From: Ginglymostoma cirratum
Lineage: Eukaryota
DNA length: 64,000 bases
NCBI GenBank assembly: GCA_024137785.1
Contig: JAHRHZ010000250.1
Coordinates: 726,515-790,514 of the forward strand
Direction: 5' to 3'
Part shown: piece after piece, positions 11,457-23,551 of the stretch
How the letters are laid out: each line of letters starts with the position of its first letter
Numbering within the stretch: position 1 is the stretch's first letter
The notes under the pieces: generated by a model
The model's input: the letters and a program-made list of their open reading frames with translations, nothing else
Told to the model about the DNA's origin: nothing
Database searches by the model: none
Made by a program: the position numbers and the translations under genes

Positions 11457-13290
11457 TCCAAGCATTACGAAAGTTTGAAGAATTTGAAATGAAATGACCA
11501 GTGCCCACGTAGGTATTGATGATTCAAACAAAGTGGTAGGTAGGTTAGTGCGGTATTCACATCACTGTCAGAGGCGGCATCTGAGGAGTATGTTGAGTTG
11601 AAAAATGCCATCTTATGTGTGTATGAACTGCTGCCAGAAGCCTATAGACAACGTTGTAGGAAACTAAAGAGAGAACATGGTCAAACGTGCACTGAGGTTG
11701 AAAGGCGCATCAAAATAATTTTGTAATGTGGATAAGGACATTGAAAATACATCAGACATGGGACGCTTTGGAAGATACTGTTATTTTGGAGGAGATCAAA
11801 AATTCACTTCCTAAAAGAGTGGACCTCCTGTGGAAGAACAGAGAGTTAAGACTGCAAGGTTAGCAGCTGAAATGGCAGGTGATTAAGAATTGTTCCATAA
11901 ATCAAAGTTTGGCTTCCGACATCAATTACAATCAATGAGGGATAGAAATCGGGGAAAGAAAAATCTTCAGATAGTAAAGAAAAGGTTGGTAAATGTAATC
12001 AATTTAGTTTACCTGAGGGTAAAAAGGAAAGCCATGGGGGTGGAAGAGAAGTCAAAGAAAAAAAAACTCAGGCGTTTTTAATATAATAAAGTTGGATTCA
12101 TGAAATCACTGCTTTGGTCCATTAAGAACAGCAATAGGAAGACACTTGTAGTAAAACAGAATAAGCCAGTGGGGTTTTTTAAAGTGGTAAAGGAGATCCC
12201 AGTGACAGTTAAAGAGCTGCAAATGAATGTATTACCTGGTCAGTGTTTGGGTTATAAGAAAGTATTAGATTTCTTTAAAGAATTTATCCGTGTGGGTAAA
12301 ATTTACTTGTGTGTACTAGGAGGAATAGGTAAAGAAATAAGAATTTTAAGAGACACAGGAGCAAGTCAATCATTGATGGTGAGATGTACATTGGAAGGAG
12401 TATTGCCAGAAAAGGTGATAATACTTGGTGAAACGAGTAGTGTTCCGTTATTTAAGGTGAAGCTGTGGTAGGCCTAAGGGAACTTCTCTGTTCTAGAAGT
12501 ACAGCTTATCTTCGGTAATGATATAGCTGGATCACAGTTGGGAGTGATGCCTACTGTGGTTGAAAAGCCAATGCAAAATTAGGCAACGGTATTGTTGCAG
12601 GAAGCATATCCTGGAATTTTTCCTGACTGTGTGGTGACAAGGTGACAAAGCCACAGGTTGAATTGTGAGGAGAAATCGAAGAATAAAGGTAAGGAAGTTG
12701 AAGTTAATTTGTCAGAGAATGTGTTTGAACAAATGATTGAGAAAATAAACAAAAACAAGCCAGTAAATAAATCGTTCGGGAGGCACTTTTTTTTTTAATG
12801 TTAGCCTAATAGAGATAGCATTAATGGGTGGAGTCAGACTCGCACACAACCAGGGTTTTAATTTAGTTTATTGTTGATGGGATTTTTAAGTTAGTTGTGA
12901 AAGCTGCTACACCTCTCTCTCTCTGCTACAGCTGAAAAAAAAACCTTGCGGTTCTCTCTCTGCTGCCAGAATCACGTGAGACAGTCTGTTCTACGACCTT
13001 AGGTTTTGCCAAGGGGACATTAATGGGATAGTACTGTTGGTTCAGTTGTTGTTTAGTAGTTAAATAATCTATTATTCGGTTAAGTTTTTTAGTAGAGTTA
13101 TTAAAGTTAGACCAATTCTTCTTTTATTCAATTAACTGGAGGGAAAAATATGGCGTGGTTTACTGAAAGCCGTGTAGTGTGACCAATCAAACTCCACATG
13201 GAACAGAATATCTTACACCTGGCTTTAAATAAAAGTTTGGATCTAGGCTAGCTCCTTGATGTGTCTGAAGGGCGTTTGGTCTAGTCCATC
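11457..13290 (+). mobile_element. Gypsy LTR retrotransposon relic (Gmr1-related gag-protease remnant plus probable LTR piece)
   Basis: Gag segment AYELLPEAYRQR and protease ILRDTGASQS (ORF 12100-12471) are homologous to 38450-40660. The tail ...GTTTGGTCTAGTCCAT resembles the LTR end at about 44550. Many stops. Confidence 0.8.
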
Positions 13291-13559
13291 TATTAGGGAA
13301 TTCAAGTTCTGCCATAGCATGATTTGAACAGGGATATTATTGGATGAACAGTCTAATGATAATACCAATAGAGCATACAATCCTACGCATTCTTGGCGTC
13401 TGTATCATTTTATTACAAGTTAGAAGCAGCAATGCAGTATTCACTACTTGTGTCAGAACATTTTATTTGCTCTCATTTTGAGACCCTGAATTAAACATGA
13501 TGGGCGTGGGTGGTGGGGGGTGGTGGGGGTGAGTGTGGTTTGGGGGCGTGCATTATGGT

Positions 13560-14983
13560 CGGGTTACACCGCAAAGACATGGCGGCTACCAAACTCGGAG
13601 AAGTAAATATTGATGTCTTGAAAACAGTCTATATTACTGAAGAGGAGGGGCTGGAGGTTTTAAAAAAGTATAAAGGTGACGTCGCCTCCGCCTCCACGCT
13701 TGCTCAAGGTGAATAAATCTCTCGGGGCTGATCAAATGTATCCTAGAACGTTGTGGGAAGTTAGGGAAGAAATTACAGGGCCCCCACCCCCGATAGTTAT
13801 ACCATCTGTAGCCACGGGAAAAGGTTCTGGAGGATTTGGTGATGGCTGATGCTATGTCTTTATTTAAAGAAGCTTGCAAGGAGAAGCTGGAAAATTACAA
13901 ATTAATGAGCCTGGCATCCGTGGTAGCCAAGTTTTTGGATGGGATTCTGAGTGATAGGATTCACATGCATTTGGAGAGGGAAGGTCTGATTACGGATAGT
14001 CAGCATGTCTTGGTCCGTGGGAAATGGCGTCTCACAAACTCGATTTACTTCTTTGAGGATGTAAGTGAAAAGATTGATGAGCCCAGAGTGGTAGACATTG
14101 TTTTTAAAATTCTAACAGGACTGAACAGTGTAGATGCAGGACGGATGTTTACGATGGTGAGCGTGTCCAGAACCAGGGTTCACAATCTGAGGATTCGGGG
14201 TGGACGATTTAGGGCGGAGATGAGGAGACATTTCTTCACCCAAATTGTGGTGAGCTTGTGGAACTTATTACTGCGGGAAGTAGTTGATGCCAAAACAAAA
14301 ATGTAGTCAAGAGGCGACTACATATAGCACTTGGGGCAAATGGGATCAAAAGTTATGTGGAGAAAGCAGGATTAGGCTATAAAGTTGGACAATCAACTAT
14401 AGAGATGGCTATCGGCTATAGGCTATAGAGTTGTAAGAATGGGGGAGCAGGCTAGAAGGGTGGAATAGCGTCCTCCTGCTCCTATATTATATGTTTTTAT
14501 GTTTCTATATGGACATTATCTAGGCCTTTGAGAAGGTTCCAGATGATAGACTGCTTAGTAAAGTTAGATCACATAGAATTCAGGGGAAGTTTGTCAATTG
14601 GATACAAATTAGCTTGATGATAGGAGACAGAAGGTAGATGGTAGAGGATTTTTTTTCAGATTGGAGGCCTGTGACCCACAATGTTCTACAGGGATTGATG
14701 CTGGGTCCATTGATGTTTGTCGTGTTTATAAACGAATTGGATGAAGAATTAGGAGACATGGTTAGTAAGTTTGCAGATGACACGAAAGTTGATGGCAGAG
14801 TTAACAGTGAAGTAAGTTATCCGAGATTAGAAAAGGATTGATTCTTGGGCCAATGGACTGAAGAGTGACAGATCAAGTTAATTTTGACAAATCCAAGATA
14901 TTGCATTTTGGTTAAATGAAGGACAGGACTTATCTAGTTAATGGAAGGGCCCTAGAAGTGCTGTAGAACAGAGATACCTTGGT
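13560..14983 (+). mobile_element. CR1 LINE ORF2 fragment, interrupted by a second CR1 3' end at about 14103-14504
   Basis: NYKLMSLASVVAK, SQHV..GK..LTN, VLQGLMLGPLMFVVFINELD, VSKFADDTKV (ORFs 13836-14306 and 14638-14841). The inserted piece matches the 3' part of the CR1 at 59168-60105. Confidence 0.88.
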
Positions 14984-15996
14984 ACAAAAACAGAAGTTGC
15001 TGGAGAAGCTCAGCAGGTCGAGCAGCATCTGTAGAGAGAAAAGAAAATCAGAGTTAACATTTTGGGTCTGGTGACTGTTAGGTTCGTTTTTGGAGACCAT
15101 CACGGACTTGATGCAATAGCAAGACACTGACCTGTTTAGAAAAACATAAATCCTTTATTACAAAGCAAGTACAAGCTGTGGAGGATCACTGTACTCAACC
15201 CGGCGCAGAGTGCAGAGTCTCGTAAGCGATTCTCCCCGAGCAGCGGACAGTCCCCACTTTTTATACCTGATCGAGTGCATAGTACATAAAGCAATTTTAC
15301 ATCTCACAATGGCATGTTACATGAAACAATCACTAGATCGGACAATGACATGATAACACAAACAATTACTACATCGAAAACATGAAGAAAGCCGGCTACA
15401 GTATCGATTGTTCGCAAAGTGACTGCTAACGGCAGGAGGCGATTTCAAGTTGCCGAAGTGACAGAATGTAATTTCAAGCTTCCGGAGTGTCTGGCTTGAA
15501 CAAAGGTCAGTGTCCTGGCCCCTTTAGCAGAAACAGAAGTTACATTCTTTACAGGATTTCAGAAGTCTCACACCTTTACAAAAGTTGCGACCCAATCTTA
15601 TTTGAGACCGCTTCCACATACCCCTGTGCAGGAAAATAAAGATTTACAAAGTTTGTACCTAATTCTATTCAGACAGGTAGCTTAAGACAGTGTCTTTTCT
15701 ACTTATGTATAGGAAGATAAGGATTTACAAAGTTTTACACCTAATTCTAGTTGGGCAAGAAGTTTTAAGGCAGTGCCTGCATACCTCTGTGTAAGCCGAT
15801 AAAGAGCATTAATTTATAGACAATATAGAAATCAATGGGATGTTACCCCAATAACATCTCAGTGACATTTCCTCAGAACCTGTTCTGATACGCTAACTTT
15901 TTTCTCCACAGATGCTGTCAGACCTGTTGAGCATTTCTTGCAATTTTTGTTTTTGTTCCTGATTTACAGCATCCGCAGTTCTTTTGGCTTTTATTT
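14984..15996. mobile_element. Penelope-type inverted terminal fragment (family B), split by a solo LTR
   Basis: Left arm 14984-15075 is the reverse complement of right arm 15890-15955 (CAGCATCTGTAGAGAG / CTCCACAGATGCTG). Flanked by AGAGATACCttGGT (14970-14983) and AGAGATACCccGGT (15997-16010). Confidence 0.7.
15076..15861 (-). mobile_element. Solo LTR (ERV or LTR retrotransposon)
   Basis: TG...CA ends with a perfect 5-bp TSD GTGAC (15071-15075 and 15862-15866). On the minus strand TATAAAAA (15258-15265) lies upstream of AATAAA (15154-15159). About 80-bp tandem repeats at 15575-15803. Confidence 0.8.
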
Positions 15997-16029
15997 AGAG
16001 ATACCCCGGTGTCATCAGACTTGTTGAAA

Positions 16030-16125
16030 TTTCTGAAGAATGGTCCCAACCCGAAACGGCAACTTTGCTTCTCTTCTGATGCTGCCTGGGCTGCTGTCTT
16101 CCTCAGACTCTACTCTGTGTTTAGT
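16030..16125 (+). mobile_element. Penelope-type terminal fragment with degenerate hammerhead motif
   Basis: CTGAAGA-ATGGTCCCAACCC-GAAACGGC (16033-16060) followed by CTGATGCTGCCTGGGCTGCTG. Confidence 0.6.
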
Positions 16126-19100
16126 CTGCATGCAGTTCATCCTTTTTTCGTTTTGATATACCACTGGTGCGATGTTGCCTGCCTCATTAATTGTTTTTTT
16201 TTTAATATTGCGGTCATAGCTTTAAAAGTCTGGAAGGGAATATTTTAAAATTGTTATCATAAAATTTGAAGCAGAACTGTTGCAATTCCTCTGTTTCAAA
16301 TGCATGAAATCCATGAAAATGTGTTCCAAAATGTCACCTGGTAGTTTAGGAATGCATAATCTACCTAAAACTTCAAAAGGAAATATTCCAACTGTATAGA
16401 AGGATTTCATGGGACGTTCTAACAGTTGTAATACCTTCGGAAACTGTGGCCTGTGTCACATATGGCGATTTTGAATGCAAATAGAGAACATAAGTGGAGA
16501 TACGATTTATAATCATTCATTTTCAAATGAAGTATAATTTTCTGGCAACTTTCATTTGAGCGTATTTTCCACTAATTCATAGACGTCCACGCTTCATCAA
16601 TTGTTTCTTTATTTACAAAGAAAGATTGCTGCTTAATTTTAACTGTTGGTTTTACCCTTCTGGATATTCCAGTTTAAAGAAAAGTAACTGCCGATTTCTT
16701 TGCCAGAGTTTTCAGGAGTGTTATCAAAAGACTCTGTCAGAGGAAGGAGAGGACCCAAAAAGTGGTGAATACCTCAACTCCCAAGTTTCTACATCCTCTT
16801 TCTGCCGAGCTCCAGCCATCAATCAATGGTACATTGGATTGTACATCAGTAAGTAAATTGGGCGACTGAACAATTACGCCTACAAAACACGCGGACAGCT
16901 CTGTCGTCAAATTTGACGAAGTTCGCTTTTTATTCGGTATCAGCCGTTGAGGACCGTTCATCAAACCAGACGTCTGGACCACCGCTGAAAATTGTGCAAA
17001 GAGGGACCCCCTTCTGAATTTGGCCATGCGATTGTTGTGGTAAATATCACGTGTAACAGCCTGAGAAGGTGAACAAGTCCTACCCCACCTGCTCTGTCTC
17101 CCACAAAGTATTCGCAAAAGCGTTGAACAGCATCCAGGCAGAGAGAGGAAGAAATAGAGGGCAATGAGTTTCAGAAGGGGTTCGACAGGTCACTCCGTGA
17201 TACACAACAAAGCTAGGCTAACAATCAGAGTTCGTTGTGATGCTACATGCTTCCCTGGGAAAATGTTGTTCCGTCGCTGGTAAGATGCGCGCTGAAGACG
17301 TGTAACCTGTAGAGTTGATGGAGCAGGCCTTCAGCAATTACTGCGAGTTGTCAGTGACTCACTTGGCACTATTACTGGGATTTTTCCCCGAGATCCACTA
17401 AATGCTAGCCACAAATCCTGAGAAGATTTAAAACATAGGTCATGTGGCATTGAATTGAATGTCGAGAAAATCTGCTAGAGCGCTGGGATCAAAAAAGGGT
17501 CAGGCATAAATCTGCAAACAGCGGGATGTTGCGACCGCTATCTCATACAAAGGTCTGATGACCATGGTGTTTCTGGAAAATCGTGGGAGAAAAAAGATCC
17601 CCCAGTGATTCCAACGAGTGAAGTAACACAATTAAAATCGGTTATTATTCTGACCGATTGTTCCTGTAATGACGCAAAGCTGGCGTGCAATGCTAGGTAG
17701 AACAAAACTAACACAAAGCAGCAGATTGAGGGTCGTGCGGCAAAGATAGCAAAACCTTCAAAATTCTGCACAAGTTCTTTCCCCCAGCGAAGTTAAAGAG
17801 GTCCACTGTGAAAATTAGATCGTATTTGCAAAGAAATTATATCGCTTTTGCATTTCAAGAGTTCACTTCCTTCTGGTTAAATTTGTCCTAACGCAGTGTT
17901 GTGAAAAAAAAAAACTGCATTAGAAAGAAGCTTAGCTGTTTGGAAGTGGTGAAAAATTTATTTTTCAAATTTACTTTTAAATAAAAAGCATTCTGCGCTG
18001 TGAAAGTCGCAATTTGTTTCCACCAAAAAAGTAAGCTGAAATTTATAGATAATCAATTTGAATTTGAGTTTGAAATTTGTACGAACTTTTCAAAAAGGGG
18101 AGGGACAAGTGGCTTATTTGTATGCATGTATATTTTTCAAATTTGTGTTGTGTAAGAATGTACTTGTTTTTAGACAATCAGTATGTTTGAGTAAAGTCAA
18201 AGAAGGGTCAATTAAATTTCAAGACAGATTGTAATTATCTGCAGATTTCAGGATACTCTTAAAACGAAATGTGTTAAATTACCAAATGTTGTAACTTCGT
18301 GTCTTGGGTCCTGTCCATTCTCAAATGAATAGAACACTAATTCTTTCTGCCGACCGCTGTTTACAATTTTACCATAAATCTTCCAATTTCCACATTGAAA
18401 AATTTACATTCCTAAATTTATGGTTATGATTGAATATTATTATCTAAGTGGGCTAATACATAGAGACAGACTGGATATTGTTTTCCGTTTTTAAACCGTT
18501 TCAGGACCTACCCAAGTGTCGACTGCACAGTGGGAAAACCAGGAATATTGGAGACTGAAGAACAAACTCCACCTGTCAAATTTGGACGAAAGAGCAATAA
18601 TGTGTTTTGTTATATTCAGAGACAACGCGTTGGAAAAGTAAATAACACTACTGACTCCTATCACTTTTGTATCCAATACGAAGGCATTACGCAAAATCAT
18701 CGAGCTTGGATATACGATTTTTTTTTTCTGAAAATGGAATTGACAAAAAATAATTTCCTATAAGTTTCTATTTCAAACAACCAATGGGAAACATATGTAA
18801 GGTTCAATAGACAACCACAAATAAATGGAAACAGCGTAGGTAGTTTTAAATTGTATCAGAATGCGAAAGATTGTTTCAGAAGTAAATGATTTGATAACTG
18901 AGAGAATCTGCCAGCCGAGCACCAGAGCTCAGGGGTACACAAAGCAAAACCTCGAGAATGTTGTTGCCATATTTGGTTTGGAATAAGTTTAAAAGAAGGT
19001 AAGGTCGAGCATAATCTAGCCAGTTACTTTTCAGAAAATTATATGCATGTTTAAGATAGGACACACAAATAGAACTTAGTCGTACGTGGAACCATACAGA

Positions 19101-19553
19101 AATGATTGAATTCAGTTTTACGAAATATTGTGAATGATGTTGTTGAACGATAAAGTTTCTTCAGAGCTTCTGAATCACTTCAACGGTATTTAATTTGATG
19201 ATCTCATTAGAATAAAACAATAATGATTGAGAATATGACACAAAATGGAACGGCAATAACTCACTTTAGATACAGTTAAATAGAATATATTATGTGAAAA
19301 CAATGTGTGGACGAAATTAATTCATTGGCATCTTTGGTGCTGTCTTGGAGATATATATGGCTGTACTGATGATATATTTTATATAAGGAGAAATAAACTG
19401 GATGATTTCATCTCCACGTGAAAGACGAAGACCTCGCTGGAAGGACGTATATGCCTTCTCCTCCATTTAGACCTTTCGACAAGGTCAGCTGAAAGTCAGT
19501 CATGCATGACATGAACTTGGCATAATGGCACAAGTATGCAGAAATGACTACTT

Positions 19554-20130
19554 CCCCAGCGATTTTGTTAACCCCTCAATAATTTTATAACATCTCTCAT
19601 TCCAGTATTTGTATAATCCCCCAGCCTAGTGTTTATGTAAGCCCCAATAATTTTATGACAATTTCCCTAGCCCAGTAATTTCACCACACTCCCAGTCGAG
19701 TGCATATATAAACACCCAGCCCACTGCTTTTATAATTTTATAACACAACCCCCAATCCAATGTTTATATAACCCCAACACTTGTATAACAAATCCCCAGC
19801 CCAGTGTTTCTATAGACTCCCCAGTAATTTTATAACACCCCACAGCCCTGTGATATTTTCCCCCTATTAACAACACTTGAGAGCCTAGTGTTTTATAAAA
19901 CGATCCCGCCCATAGCAGTGCTTTTGTAATCGCCCCAGCCTAGTAATCTTACAACACGATCCCAGCTCAGAACCTACATAAACTCCTACCAGCCCAGTAA
20001 TTTTATAACCTTCTCACACACCAATTCAATGATTTTACAAACCCCCAGCCCAGCTAATGCTCATCCTTATAATAGCCCTTTGCTCCCAGCCCAGTGATTT
20101 TACAACCCCCCAACCCACTGATCTTACAAA
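19554..20130. repeat. Degenerate minisatellite (about 24-30 bp unit, CCCCAGCCCAGTAATTTTATAACA-like)
   Basis: Repeated CCCAGCCCAGT and TTTTATAAC words. Absent at the homologous site in unit 2 (about 46555). Confidence 0.85.
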
Positions 20131-20299
20131 TTGTAATTTCAAAGTTACAGACGGATAATGACTAGCACAATGTCAGAAACCGCACAATCATTCTTGTTCT
20201 CTCTCCTTCCTCCCACTCTCCTCACCTCTGACCTGCACTAACCCAGTGGGAGCCCTGCCCAACACCAAAATATTTGTCTGCACTCCACCGCAGGCAGTC

Positions 20300-23200
20300 T
20301 GAGGTCAAATCGCAGTGCCTCGTCTTCAGTTGTCTTAGACACCCCTCGTGACTCATCCAAGACCATGCCCTGCTAAACTCATGTTGTAACCAGAGTGCAG
20401 TGGTTTCCCCATGTTAAAGGAACTCTTGCACGGGCACCTTCCACACCATCCGGTTAACGTTTGGCACCCAGAACGTGAGGACCGTTATGGACAGTCCCAC
20501 TAGTGACAAACTGGAGTGCCACACAACCATCACTGTTTTGGAGCTCAGGAGCTATGATATTGACATCGCAGCCCTGAGTGAAACCCGACGGCAGAGGAAG
20601 GGAAGCTCATAGAACAAGGTGGTTGCTAAACCTTTTTCTTGAAAGGCAAGGCCGAAAAAGTGTCACATCCATGGAGTTGGCTTCATCTTCAAAAATGAAC
20701 TGGTGGACTAATTCAAAGACTCCTCCTGCAGAATAAGTGGACATTTCATGACATTCCGATTCATCTGTGATTGGAACCTGTACGTCACGGTTTTCAGTGC
20801 ATATTCGCCGACGCTCGATGCAGGAGCTGAAGTTAAGGAGGAATTCTACTCCAACCTTGACCAATCTCTTTCACGGGTATATGCAGTGGATAATCTAAAT
20901 GTCCTCTGTTAAACCGGTCAGCAAAAGTGCGCACATTTGTAATCGTGTAATTGGGAAAATGGCAGTAAGGAAGGAAAACTCCAACGGCACCCTTCTCCTG
21001 ACCAAATTCTGCAAAGTCAGCGTCCTTATCACCAATACACTGTTCTTCCAAAGTGGCAGCACCCACGCTCCAAACACTGACACCTCCTTGAAAGTGTCAT
21101 GGTCAAAGCGAGGAATCAGAATGACATTAATTTTATCCACACCATGAAAAGAGCTGATGACTGATGGACAGAGCATTGCAAGATCCCAGCCACGATCAAC
21201 AGAAATATATCCCTGCCACAGTGGAGACAGCAGTAGTAGTGCCGTAAAAAAGTTCAACAATGAAGCACTCAAAGACATGGAAAAAATGGTCTCATGTAAC
21301 CATATTCTCTCCACAAACCTAGCACTTTTGGTAGTGTTGAGTCGCAGGATCCCAACAATCTCTGGTCTGCCCTTAAGACCTCCATCATCAACACCTGAAA
21401 AAAAACCTGGCCAGTCACTGAACAAGGAAACACCAAGACTGGTTAGATGAGAATGATCAGAAAATTAAAAAATATTATGGTCGATCAGCATGGCACTTCT
21501 GAGCATAAAACAACCACCGCAGTCAGAAGAGAAAACAAAAAAAAAATAGAAGTCGCTGGAAAAGCACAGTTGGTCTGGCAACATCTGTGAAGGGAAATCA
21601 GAGTTAACATTTCGGGTCCATTGACACTTCCTCAGAGCAGGTGGAACTCAGAAGAGAAAAGGCAAGCTTAAATGCAACTGAAGACCGAGGTCCAACAACA
21701 AGCCTGCAAGATAAAGTACAGGGGGTGGGTGGAGAAAGCACTGGAGCCCCAGCGAATGCTGACAACCATGATATGCGTGGTTTCTTCTGTGTTGTTGAGA
21801 CCACTTACGGACAAAATACCAAAGCACGCTCCCCCGCCCCCCACCTCCCGCCACTGTTCGCCAAGGATGGAGAGACTCTTATCAAAGATAAAGATACCAT
21901 CAAACCACACTGGGGGAGCACTTCAGACATCTCATAAACCAGTAGTCTGTCGTTGATCAGAGCATCATCGAATGGATGTCAGCAACACCCCAGCCCAGCA
22001 GGAAGCAGAGAAATCTGCTGTCTGCCAGCTTAACAACAACAATGCTGCTGGAGCAGACAATATCCCCAGTAAGGCATTGAAGTGTGGAGGCAAAGAGCTC
22101 CTGCTGAAGCTTTACGCCGTTGCCTGCCTTATCTGGAAGGAGGATAGCATCCCAGCAGTGCTCCAACATGCTACCATTGTGGGCATTTTCAACAAAGGGA
22201 ACGAGTCCAATTGTGGTAACTACAGGGGCATCTCCCCGCAATCAACCATTGGAAAAGTCATCCCCAAGTTCCTCTTCAACTGTCTCCTCTCTGTGGCTGA
22301 GGAACGCCTCCCAAAATTGCAATGTGGCTTCCAACCATGGAGTGGCACAATGGGTGTGAGCTAAAGGAGAAATATAGAGTAAAAAACCCGTACATGGCCC
22401 TCTTCAACCTTAAAAATGCCTTTGATACTGTCAATCAGGAAGCAATATCGAGCATCATTATTCACTTAAGTTGTACCATGAAGTTTTGCGTCACGCTGCA
22501 CCTGCTCCACGACGACATGGAAATCATAGAAATGACAAATGGCTCCACCACTGACCCATTCCTTGTTCAGGATGGTGTCAAGCAGGGCTGTGTCATTGTC
22601 CCAACACTGTTCTCGATCTACCTCACTGCGTAGCTTCACCTCATCACTGACAAGATCCCCATGTAGATGATGCTTGCGTATGTGCAGTTTCAGATTATGT
22701 TTTCCAGACCATCGTCAACACCTTTACGGAAGAATATGAGAGCACCGTTCTCATCCCGAACATCCACAAAATGAAGTCCTCAACCAACATGGCCTGGTAT
22801 TGTGGAGCGAACCACTGATCATCAAGGTCCACACAGCGGCCTTGGTGAATGTCGATCTTTTCCAATACTTCAGAATTGTCCAGTTGAACAAATCAGCTGG
22901 AGAGGAAGGGATTCAGAGTCGCCTGAGGAAAGGGGTTTTCGGTTTACAGATCTATGGGGTGGTTCCCTCCTTCCTGTATGGCTGCCAGACCTGAAATGTC
23001 TACAGCAAACTCCTCAGACTGCTTGAGCAGAAGCACCAAGATCCTGTGAATCAGCTAGTAACAAAGATACACCAGCACCAGCATCCTTGACCAGGTCCAT
23101 ATCCCCAACAGCAAATCACTGACTACCCTTAATCAGCTACGATGGACTTAACACATCATCCACATGACTGACATGAGAATCCCCAACCAGGTGCTCTATT

Positions 23201-23551
23201 CCCAGCTTTGAAATGGCAGGCGAGCCCCAGGAGGACAGAGGAAGTGCATCAATGATACCCTCAAGGCCTCACTGGTGAAGTGAGGCATTCCCACACACAT
23301 CTGGGAATCACTGGCCCAGGACCGTTGTGTTGTGCACTTCAAGATTTGCCATTGGGAAAAAGTGTAAGCCAGATGAAAACAGCAAAAGGAGCGGGCTGCC
23401 ACATTAACGACTCACCCACCTCTTCCTGCACCTTCTGTCCCGAGTGTAATAAAGCCTGCAGCATCCACATTGGACTGTGCAGTCACCTACAGACTTACCT
23501 GAGAAGGGAAGAGAGTCATCCTTGTCTGCAAGGGACCGCCAATGAAAATGA
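20300..23551 (+). mobile_element. RTE-clade LINE, near full length but decayed
   Basis: APE motifs LTFGTQNVRT (20454) and DIDIAALSETR; RT motifs NYRGISPQSTIGK, LPKLQCGF, LKNAFDTV, GVKQGCVIVPTLF; a C-terminal CPEC..C..H..H..H; short AATG-type tail. Multiple frameshifts and stops. The 5' boundary is approximate. Confidence 0.88.
21536..21647 (-). mobile_element. Short Penelope-type insertion (family B) inside the RTE, with hammerhead motif
   Basis: Perfect 13-bp TSD TCAGAAGAGAAAA (21523-21535 and 21648-21660). The minus strand of 21606-21635 reads CTGAGGA-AGTGTCAATGGACCC-GAAATGTT. Confidence 0.75.

Noticed and set aside
19554-20130. Repeat array as CRISPR-like
   Set aside because: Vertebrate context, degenerate repeats with no unique spacers, and no cas genes.
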